From Octopus bimaculoides (taxonomy: Eukaryota), in the NCBI RefSeq assembly GCF_001194135.2, contig NC_068983.1, positions 3,758,964-3,822,963 on the forward strand: a DNA stretch of 64,000 nt, written 5' to 3'. Position numbers and translations under genes: made by a program. The notes under the pieces are model-generated. The model worked only from the letters and a program-made list of their open reading frames with translations. It ran no database searches and was not told where the DNA came from. How positions within the stretch are numbered: position 1 is the first letter of the stretch; every line of letters begins with the position of its first letter. Of this stretch, positions 36,991 through 47,220 are shown one piece after another.

Positions 36991-37190
36991 GGGCATATGG
37001 TGTAGTGGTTAAGAGCACAGGCTACTAACCCCAAGATTTCAAGTTCGATTCCAAGCAGTAACCTGAATAATAACATTGAAAAATACCTTAGGAATGAGAA
37101 CCCAGGTTCGAAATTTCCCCAAGACACCTCATGAAGGCTGGAGGGCATATCAGCCGAAAGATGAGGACAAATATCTGTCAAATGTAAATC
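36991..37190 (+). mobile_element. tRNA-headed SINE-like element with hammerhead-type body (family 3)
   Basis: Head gggcatatggtgtagtggttaagagc...aagttcgattcc (A and B boxes), (AAT)n linker, then gacacCTCATGAaggctg-gagggcatat-cagccGAAA. Confidence 0.75.
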
Positions 37191-37494
37191 TGCAGATATG
37201 ACCACCACCACCTACAAACAATACTAAATCCACCTGTCATTGTTGTCACATAAGAAGCACTTGTGTTGTTACCACGTATGGAGTACCTGTGCTGGTGGCA
37301 AGTACAAAGTACCTGTACAGGTGCTATGTATAAAGCATCCAGTACACTCCGTAAAGTGACTGGTATTAGGAAGGGCATCCAGCCATAGGAATCATGCTAG
37401 AACATACGATCAGAGGCTGGTGCGACTTTCCAGCACCTGTCAAATGGCAGCATAGAAAATAGATGTTAAATGATGATAATGGAACAAGCCTTAC

Positions 37495-37555
37495 CTTACG
37501 TGGTTTCAACAAAGCTGGTAAAAACTCGCCAACAAAATAGGGTCTTCTGAAAATA
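37495..37555 (-). CDS. FANCA: FANCA exon n (61 nt, 2-0)
   Basis: ccacag|...|gtaagg; IFRRPYFVGEFLPALLKPRK. Confidence 0.95.
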
Positions 37556-38789
37556 CTGTGGAACAGAAAAACATAAATCACTTTATTATAAACAGTTTTG
37601 ACAACATTATTATTATTATGGCTCAAGTGTTACCCATCATATGATGGATAACTTTATTTTTGCTACCATGGGTAATATGAGAAAATATGGAATGGCATAC
37701 ATACAATAATCATAATTTAACTTTTATCAAATTTCTCGGGGCTTATGCAAAAATAATGAAATGAATAATTTCANNNNNNNNNNAAAAAAAAAAAAAAAAA
37801 AAAAAGAAAACTTAAAATAAAATTAAATGAAACAAATTTATCATTTGCATATTTGCAATAAATATGTTAAGATTTTTCTAACTGTTAACATAATCACAGT
37901 CAACTCCATCAAAAATCTATCTTAGCAAAATTTCATTAAAAAAATGTGTTTTTCAGAAAGTTATTACCTGCCACCAAGCCTAGTATGTGCACTCATTCTA
38001 CACCACTTGTGTTAACTCTCTTTTCTTCTCTTCACCTCTCTCAACATAAGGTGTGGCTGGAGAAACTAACCAACCAACATTTGTATTGGCTATTATTTTT
38101 ATTATTATTATTACTATTATTATTATTACATTAATGCATGCTAATTTAGTTAGCAGCTATTTTACGTTGGAATTTGCTGACCCTTAGTCTCCCCAAATCT
38201 CAAGAATCTTTCTTAGGATTCATGCACAATATAGAATGGAACTTTCCTGCAGGTCAATAATGTGACTTTCAGTTGCAATCTCTTTCAGTCTTTTGGGCAG
38301 CATTTGACCACAGAGCCACACTGGCACCATCTTGTTAATTAAATACATCATCATTTTGTCCACTTCCCATGCTGAAATTGGTTGGATCAGGGTGCCAGTC
38401 ATTTCCTATTGGAATCAATTGCTCCAACAGACTGGTGTTTGTCATTTCGTCTGCATGCCACTCCTATCTGCAACCTACTTTGTGGACTGTCCTGGCTACA
38501 TTTTCTCATTGTACACACACTAGAGAGTTTGGCCAGTCCTTTATGTGATGGCACTAAACGGAGCGTGTAACCCAACAATTTCTCTGTCCTTTATCAACTA
38601 CTTTACAGCACATACCAGGTGCATTTTCTATGGAATTACCTTGAAGCAAGGTGTTGAGGCTAAAGTATGGAGGAGGGGGAGGTCCAGGAACAGGCTGATT
38701 GCTTTGTAGAGAATATGCTTTTGTCCAACCCATGCTAGCATGGAAAGTAGACGTTAAACAATGATGATTGATGACAACCACATATTTTA

Positions 38790-39075
38790 AATGGATGGAT
38801 GGGGGAAGCTGGAATGGAACTCAAAACAGGTAAGGAATATGGTGATGATGAGGTGCCAGAACATACATTGCAAATAGAAGCTGACAGGGCCTGGAAAGAG
38901 GTGGGGTGGGTGCTAGACGTCAGGTCTATCTAGTTAGGGTAGAAATAGAAAAGAGGTTTGCCAAAGTCCCACAGCGTCAAGATCAGAGACTTGAAGTGTT
39001 CCGGATTGCCAGACAGTATGTCAGAGAGAATCGGGATATTGTAGGAGAGAAGTGTGTGTGGATGGAAAATGGTAA
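38790..39075 (+). mobile_element. RTE LINE ORF2 linker relic
   Basis: ARRQVYLVRVEIEKRFAKVPQRQDQRLEVFRIARQYVRENRDIVGEKCV. Confidence 0.65.
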
Positions 39076-39420
39076 CGTTTCTGCCAGCTTGCTGACTTAA
39101 TTATTTCTACTCTCAGCACAAGGTCTTGAAAATTTCTTTTGGAGAAGGGGCTAGTCGATTATATCAACCCCAGTGTTTCGCTGGTACTTAATTTATCAAC
39201 TTTGAAAGGATGAAAGGCAAAGTCGACCTCAGCGGAATTTGAACTCAGAACGTAGCAGTCGCCCGGGGCGCTAACGATTCTGCCAGCTTGCGATATTAAT
39301 AATATTTGACTATACTAATAAGTCAAAGGTGGTGAGCAGGTAATTGTGATGTTTTGTAGTGGTGCTGATGATAGTGATGATGGATGGTGGTGACAATAAC
39401 ATCGATGCGTTGCTACTTAC

Positions 39421-39509
39421 ATTGTCTGTAGAATATTGGCAGGAATCTTGTCCAGAGTAGCAAAACTGTCCACAGCAGCTCTTACATCATTCTCTGTATC
39501 TTCAGAAGT
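39421..39509 (-). CDS. FANCA: FANCA exon m (89 nt, 0-2)
   Basis: ttgtag|...|gtaagt; TSEDTENDVRAAVDSFATLDKIPANILQT. Confidence 0.88.
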
Positions 39510-40496
39510 CTACAAGACAAAGAACATATTTCCACAAGTCACAAGATTAACTGCAAAACGAAAGGTAAAAGTGTGTGTGAGGGGGAGGAGGATATGGTAT
39601 TTAAAGCTGGTAGAATGATTAGTAAGTTGGAGAAAATATTTAGCAGTAATGCTTTGAGATTTTTACATTTTGTGTTTCAATTCTGCTGAGGTCAACTTTG
39701 CCTTTCATCCTCCTGGGGTTGATTTTAAAAAAAGTACCAGTTAAGCACTGGGGTGGATGTACCCTGCTCGTCCCTTCTCACAAAATTTCAAGCTCTGTGC
39801 CTTGATGAGAAATGGTAATTGGTACTTAATGTTCTGTGTCAGGAAAGAATAGTGAAATACAGTGTCAGATTCTACAGGGAAAAGGAACCAAAAAGACACC
39901 ATTGGAATGAAACATTTAAAATTTGGATGTGTTTCTGCATGAGAGTCACTACATGGCTGTATGACATGCTAGAAGTAGCAGTCAAATCAGCTCCCTCCAA
40001 TTATAAACAAAAAAAAAAAGACATTTTTAATCCTTTTAAAGGTGTAAAATGTATTCTGGGATGTAATTATTTGAATTGGTGTCAGTATTGACCCTGTTCC
40101 AAGCCGACTGTGTTCTCACAGACTCTCAATATTGTGATTGTCCACGAATTGAGATTCACAATGGCAGACAGTAGGAGGAATGAATAAGATGACAAGAGAA
40201 TATCATCAAATTTATACAAAACTGTTTGATTAAATATTCTTTTTCCTTTTTGCCCATTATAAAATTGAAATTCAAAGACTGATGATGTCATTCCATCAAT
40301 GTGTGGATGCTGGTTGCTCTCGTTCATACTTTAAATTTCTATAATTTTGAATTTTTATCACTTCTTATTTTGAACTCAACAAAGACAGATTTACTGTTGA
40401 AATATCGTTCAACCAATAAAATGTTTATTACAATCGAACCACGCTCTTCATCTTGACTGATAATAATAATAAGAAATAATAATAATAGCTACTGAC

Positions 40497-40553
40497 CTGA
40501 TTTTCTGCTGTGCTGTGGTAGTCACAGCTGCTTGATGACTTGAAAATGGATTG
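40497..40553 (-). CDS. FANCA: FANCA exon l (57 nt, 0-0)
   Basis: ctttctcatttag|...|gtcagt; QSIFKSSSSCDYHSTAENQ; weak homology but the best candidate in an 11-kb interval. Confidence 0.7.
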
Positions 40554-40937
40554 CTAAATGAGAAAGAAATAAATCTATAAATTATATTTAACAGACAATG
40601 GGAGACATATTTCGTTAACTTTGGTGTTTAGAAAATTCTACAATAGTGAAGACATCTTTATCATTAGGTAAAAAAAAACCCAACAAAAATGAACAGCAAC
40701 TGGACCTTGGGACAGACCATATAAGGTGACTGTCATCACCCTGGACTATTAAATAACTTCAAGGAATCGTTGACAAGTGCAGGCATGGCTGTATGGTAAG
40801 AAGTTTGCTTCTCAACCACATGGGTACTTGCCCAAGGTCCTATTGTGTGACACCTTGGGCAAATGTCTTCATCTATAGCCTCAGGCCAACCAAAGCTTTG
40901 TGAGTGGATTCGGGAAAGGGAAACTGAAAGAAGCCTG

Positions 40938-40975
<38 letters not shown>

Positions 40976-41629
40976 ATGTGGCTGTGTGGTAAGAAGCTTG
41001 CTTCCCAACCACATGGTTCCAGGTTCAGTCCCAGTGTGTGGCACCTTGGGCAAGTGTCTTCTACTATAGCCTCGGACCGACCAAAGTCTTGTGAGTGGAT
41101 TTGGAAAATGGAAACTGAAAGAAACCCGTTGTGTGTGCGTGTGTATATGCATTTATGTGTGTCTTTGTTTGTCTCCACCACCATCGCTTGACAACCGATG
41201 TTGGAGTGTTTATGTCCCTGTAACTTAGCAGTTTGGCAAAAGTGACTGATAGAATGAGTACTAGGCTTATAAATAAATCCTGGGGTCGATTTGTTCGACT
41301 AAAGGGCGGTGCTCCAGGATGGCCGCAGTCAAATGACTGGAACATTAAAGAGAATATATCTCGTTGTTTGGTTAAGAAGTTTGCTTCTCAACCATCAGGT
41401 TTTGGGTTCAGTCCCACTGCTTGGAACCTTGGGCAAGCATCTTCTTCTGTAGCCCCGTGATGATTAAATACAGGTGAGTGGATTTGGCAGATGGAAACTG
41501 AAAGAAGCCTGTTGTAAGTGTGTGTCTCCATGAAATGGGCTTCCAAATGGCACCCAACAACCAATTTCAAAGACTTGAACTTAAGTTTGGACTGAAGATA
41601 CTTGTCCAAAGTTTTGTGTAGTGGGATTG

Positions 41630-41725
41630 AAACAGAATTGAAGTAGTAGAAAGGCTAGGAACTCCCATAGAATTCCTGATCAATAGAACATACCCTGAAA
41701 AACTAGGAATGCAGTCTATCGATTA
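41630..41725 (+). mobile_element. Second Penelope-like relic (short)
   Basis: RIEVVERLGTPIEFLINRTYP parallels IKVVERLGNPIKSLISRTYP at about 29185-29245. Confidence 0.55.
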
Positions 41726-43120
41726 AGATGTAGAGAGGGACGATACAGAAACACAACATATATTGGAGAGAGAGCCCATAGCATAGGAGAGGTGAGAACA
41801 TAAGAGAAAAGCTAATCAAAGCTATACTGACATGCTAAACTAGAACACAGGGGTTTGCTAGATAACACAGGGGTTAAATCCTATCCACACAAAATAGAGA
41901 ATAGTCCAAACCTGTAACAGAAAGCATGACTGAAATAGAAACATCCCTATCCCAAAATGGCTGGAGACAGAATAAGGGAACAGAAAAAGAAAATGGAGAC
42001 ACAAATATACATATATATATATATATATGCAGACGTATGACACATATGCACATGCCAAACACATAGACGCACACACAGGCAGAGACTCAAACATGAACAG
42101 TGATGTGTACCACATACAGACAAGATGGAGTAAGCAGAAAGAGAGGGAGACAAAGTGAAGAGAAACAAATAGTCATTGAAGAATTTACAGAAGTAAAGAT
42201 CTTTAACAAAATAACCAATAACAATAATAATAAAGCAGAAGTGAAAGTCAAGCAGTGCATGTGTTTATTGGCAAAATGACCGTCACCAAATATAGAAATA
42301 TCTGTTTCAATACTGAATTTCACATCAAGAATCTTACAAGACAAACACATAAACGTGCGCGTGTGTATCTATATGTACATCTACGATTACACAGGGGAAT
42401 GGGGGTTAATCAGTACTTGTCAGGTACTTTATTTTATAAACCCAAAAAGAAAGAAAGGAAAAGTTGATCATGGCAGGATTGGAACTTAGGTTGAGGCCTG
42501 GAGAAAAGATTTGTCACTTAGCATTTGTTTGACGCACTAACAATTCTGTCAGCTTGCTGCCCTATGTATGTGCATCTATGCACACGCATAAAACACTGAC
42601 AGTCACGGTTGTAAAACAGGCATTGAATGTTTACACACATGCACATACATATGTATACATATGAAGAACAATCAAGCCATTCATACAGATATACTCCCCC
42701 CCCCCCATACACACAGTCCTATTCTCAGTCTACATAAAAATACAGAAAACTGGGGCAAATACATCTTTGGCTGCTGGAATAAACTTAGTCATCCTCTTTA
42801 TTTTTTTCCTCTCTCTCTCTGATTGTTACACAGCCACACACACACACACACTATATCGTTGCTGTTATGCTAAACTGTTGTCTATCCAAATGAGTTTTTT
42901 TTTTTCCAATATTTATTTTTACATGTAACAGCCGGTTCTTTTGGTCAAACTATCGTATTTCCAGTTGCATCAGATGCCAAAACATCAAAATTTGTTAAAG
43001 CTTTAGACTTATGATGCTTTATATGTATGTATGTATTTATTTACTCTCACTCTAACAGACACGAGGATTATACAAATATTGTAAAAATGGACACAGGTTG
43101 CTGATCAAATTGTGTTGGTC

Positions 43121-43154
<34 letters not shown>

Positions 43155-44374
43155 GTTTGGTGATGTAAACATGAAAAGTATAACTCAAAACAACGGTATA
43201 TACATTCTTTTATTCTTTTACTTGTTTCAGTCATTGACTCTGGCCATGCTGGAGCACCGCCTTTAGTCGAACAAACCACCCCCAGTACTTATTCTTTGTA
43301 AGCCTAGTACTTATTCTGTCGGTCACTTTTGCCGAACTGCTAAGTTACAGGGATGTAAACACACCAGAATCGGTTGTCAAGCGATGTTGGGGGGACAAAC
43401 ACATAAGCACATATATATACACAACGGGATTCTGTCAGTTTCCATCTTTGGTCGGCACGAGGCTATAGTGGAAGACATATACATATACATACATATATCA
43501 CTTGAGTGTAGCCGTTGCCAATACCATCTGACTGGCCCTCATGCTGGTGGCACGTAAAAGCACCCACTACACTCTCGGAGTGGTTGGCCTTAGGAAGGGC
43601 ATCCAGCTGTAGAAACTCTGCCAGATCAGATTGGAGTTTGGTGTAGCCATCTGGTTCACCAGTCCTCAGTCAAATCGTCCAACCCATGGTAGCATGGAAA
43701 ACAGACGTTAAATGATGATGATGATGAATTACATAAAACTGTCAAATCTAATTCCATAGACAACAAATTGAAATTTGTTGCCCCAGTGTTATCATAGGTA
43801 CAAGTGTGGCTGTGTGGCAAGAAACCTGCTTCCCAATCACATTGTTATGGATTCAATTCCACTGTGTAGCACATTCTACTATAGCCTCAGGCTGACCAAA
43901 GTCTTGTGAATGGATCTGCTAGACAGAAAGTGGAAGAGCCTGTTGTATGCAGGTATGTGTGTGCGTCCCACAGCTACTTGGCAAGCAGTGTTGATGTCTA
44001 AAGTCCCCATAACTTAACAGTTTAGCAAAAGTGAGAGTAAGTACCAAGCTTAAAAAAAAAAAAAAAAAAAAAAATCACTGGGGTCAAGTTATTCTTCAAA
44101 GAAGTGCTCCAGCATGGCCACAGTCGAATGACTGAAGCAAGTAAAAGATAAAACAAAATATCATAAACTTGTTTGTTAAAGGTTACGAAGCTGTGACATT
44201 TTGTCCAAAAGTCGTCTCTTTAAAGACGTATTGTTCTAAAAAACTCTGCGTATCTGGAAGCTAAGAGAAACGAAATCATCCAAACGAGCAGAAATAACTT
44301 CACTCTCATTCACTTTGAGGACAATCTTGTTTCACGAAGCTCTGAAACATGCAGTGCCTTTTTTTTTAACACAA

Positions 44375-45062
44375 TACATCTTTAAAGGGACCTCCTTCAG
44401 ATGAAGTAATGCACCTTAGTAACATTAAGAAGACCTGGCATGAGATGGTGAAGCACAACCTTCTAATGTTGGGCCTCGTGGAGGCGATGACAAGTGACCG
44501 AGACCTTTGGAGATATGCTGTGCTTGAGAAGACTGAGCCGAGAAGACCATAACCGTGGCCTATGCCATTGCAGCATAACCAGCCCATTTAAGGATACCCT
44601 TCAACCACTGGGCAATAAACTGCGCTTGTGAAGACCCTTTGAGTCAAGTGAAGTCATTGTCATGGTTGATGACAGTACTGCATGATTGGTACCCATGCTG
44701 GTGGTATGTAAAAAACACCATTCGAGCGTGAACGTTACCAGTGCCACCTGACTGGCTCCTATGCTGGTGGCATGAAAAAAAGCACCATTTGAGTGTGGTC
44801 GTCGCCAGTGCCCCTGACTGGCTCCTGTGCCAGTGGTACGTAAAAAGCATCATTCAAGCGTGGCTGATGCCAGTGGCACCTAACTAGCCCCCGTGCCGGT
44901 GGCACTTAAAAAAGCACCCGCTACACTCGTGGAGTGGTTGGTGTTAGGAAGTGGTTTGCTGAATCAGATTGGAGCCTGGTACAGCCTTCTGGCTTGCCAG
45001 CCCTCAGTCAAACCTTCCAACCCATGCCAGCATGGAAAGCAGATGTTAAACAATGATGATTA
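44375..45062 (+). mobile_element. Dominant RTE LINE 3' end (ORF2 C-terminus plus long 3' UTR), reference copy
   Basis: KKTWHEMVKHNLLMLGLVEAMTSDRDLWRYAVLEKT, tandem units, core cactctcggagtggttggcgttaggaagggcatccagctgtagaaa, (ATG)n tail. More than 35 truncated copies in the window, e.g. + 2275-2500, 2600-2900, 6300-6467, 16840-17165, 17335-17505, 17965-18290, 19955-20200, 23340-23465, 31930-32245, 43505-43730, 47800-48135, 48940-49350, 51290-51900, 55430-55620, 56590-56800, 57660-58035, 58250-58512, 61680-61875; - 3690-4130, 13760-14035, 25805-26110, 27140-27445, 29329-29490, 30960-31310, 46340-46812, 48240-48490, 49735-49975, 54945-55120, 62365-62640, 62830-63065. Confidence 0.88.
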
Positions 45063-46314
45063 AGTGTGTGGTATTGATAATGTTTACGTTCCTATGATGC
45101 TTTGAGCACAAAATTTGAACATACACACACGCATGTGTATTTGAACAACTGCTACCACTCCTCTTTTCTCTAACTGCATACTTCACCAGCTTTTCTTTGA
45201 TATCACTTATCTTTCTTACAAACCCCAAACAATTTCACTTGCCATCCCCTCCACATTCTTAATAACGTCTCTTCTATCCCTATTCTACATTGACCATTCT
45301 TCTGAGTCACCAAATTATCTCTCCTCGGGTCTTAGTCTTGTAGGCAGAGTCTCATATACAACAGACACATACAAACAAATAAATACTAATACAAATTGCA
45401 CCACAATGCACACACACACAAACAATACACATACACACAGACCTATTACAACACATACACAATATACATACACAAATAACACACACACACAGACCCAGAC
45501 ATAATATATAGACAGACAATACACATACACACACACACGTGTTTACTAGCATTACGAAAAGCCCATTTTTATTTTTAGCTTACTTTAATTTTCAGGTTAA
45601 CAGCTCTGGGCTTTATACATACACATGCACACAGACACACAGACACACTGAGAGTTGTATACATGCATTCCACATCTAAAGTCTGTCTGTCTGTCTCTCT
45701 CTCTCTCTCTGCATGTATTAATCTTGATGTCTTTCTCACTTTCTCCAGCGTTTATACACACTAAGTCTTACTTGGCATTTTCTCATTGGTAGGTATAAAT
45801 ATATTCTTTCTTTCTTCTCTCTCTCTCTCTCGCTCTTTATCCCTCTCGTTACACACAAATACTTTCTCATTGTGAGTATACATAAGTACATCATCATCAT
45901 CATCATTTAACATCCATTTTCCATCATAAGTTGGATAGTCTGACGAGAACTGACAAGCCCCAGGGGTGTGCCAGGCTCTTCTGTCTGTCTAGGCATAGTT
46001 TCTATGGCCAGGTGTCTTTCCTAATACCAACCACTTTGCACTGGTGCCATTTTACATGGCACAGCACCAGTGGGGTCACTAGATAACTTGCAAGACAGGA
46101 CAAAGTACCCTCGCCTGGGGGGGGGGTATTGAGGGAGGTGGTTTTGTGCCAGTCGATGAGAGGTTAAAACGTTCAATAGAGAGAGAGAAATAGGGGATTT
46201 GCTGTAGAAGAGACACAAGGAGATCCCAGCTGGAGAAGGGAGGAGAGATAGAGAGAGAGTAAGGGAGACAGTGGTGGATATGTGTCAGGACATACCTTTA
46301 AGGTCGTATATATG

Positions 46315-46347
<33 letters not shown>

Positions 46348-46500
46348 CATCATTTAACGTCTGCTTTCCAGGCTGGCATGGGTTGGACGGTTTGATTGAG
46401 GACTGGCAAGCTGGGAGGCTGCACCAGGCTCCAATTTGATTTGGCATGGTTTCTACAGCTGGATGCCCTTCCTAACGCCAACCACTCCAAGAGTGTAGTG

Positions 46501-46812
46501 GGTGCTTTTTGTGTGCCGCTGGCACGAGGGCCAGTAAGGCAGCACCAACAACGACCATGCTTAAATGGTGCTTTTTATATGCCACCGGCATGGGAGCCAG
46601 TAAGGTGGTACTGGCATTGACCACATTTGAATGATGCTTTTTACGTGCCACTGGCACAGGAGCCAGTTAGGTGGTACTGGCATCGACCATGTTTGAATGG
46701 TGCTTTTTACATGCCAGATGACATAGGAGCCAATCAGGCGGCACTGGCAATGACCGTGTTCGAATGGTGCTTTTTACATGCCATTGGCATGGAAGCCAGT
46801 CAGGCGGCACTA
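46501..46812 (-). repeat. Five 66-bp tandem units inside an RTE 3' UTR
   Basis: Unit starts at 46501, 46567, 46633, 46699 and 46766; a similar array lies at 51500-51720. Confidence 0.9.
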
Positions 46813-46814
46813 GC

Positions 46815-47220
46815 ATCGATTGTGAGGCCAAAATTCTTGCAAGCAGTGGAAAAATATTTCATGCTCTGCTGCACCTGGGCCTCTGTACTTAGTGCACAGC
46901 TGTTTGCAATCAGAAAGTCATGCACCAAGTCCTCTTTCACCTTGGTCTTCACCTGTAGACTCCGCAGGTCGAAGAGTCTGCCAGGAGTCCTCAATCTGAT
47001 CTGGTTCATTGTCATTACAGAAAGCATCCAACAGCATGGCTGAGAACATTATGCAGAAGGGGCAAGTACAGAACCTTGCTTGACTCCATCAGTGACTGAG
47101 AATGCATTGGAAGAATCACCACTGCCCAGTCCTTGAGCAAGCATGCTACTGCGGAACTGTTGCACCAAACTAAGGAATTTGTCTGGGCAGCCAAACTTTC
47201 CTAGGATCTTCTTCAATCCA
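46815..47220 (-). mobile_element. BovB-like RTE reverse transcriptase relic
   Basis: KFGCPDKFLSLVQQF...SNAFSVTDGVKQGSVLAP...RTPGRLFDLRSLQVKTKVKEDLVHDFLIANSCAL...FSTACKNFGLTI. Confidence 0.9.

Noticed and set aside
36991-37062. Functional tRNA gene
   Set aside because: Acceptor and anticodon stems do not close and it runs into a repeat body. It is a SINE head, as are the heads of families 1 and 2.
46501-46812. CRISPR-like array of palindromic repeats
   Set aside because: Whole units repeat with no unique spacers, inside a eukaryotic RTE 3' UTR, and there are no cas genes.
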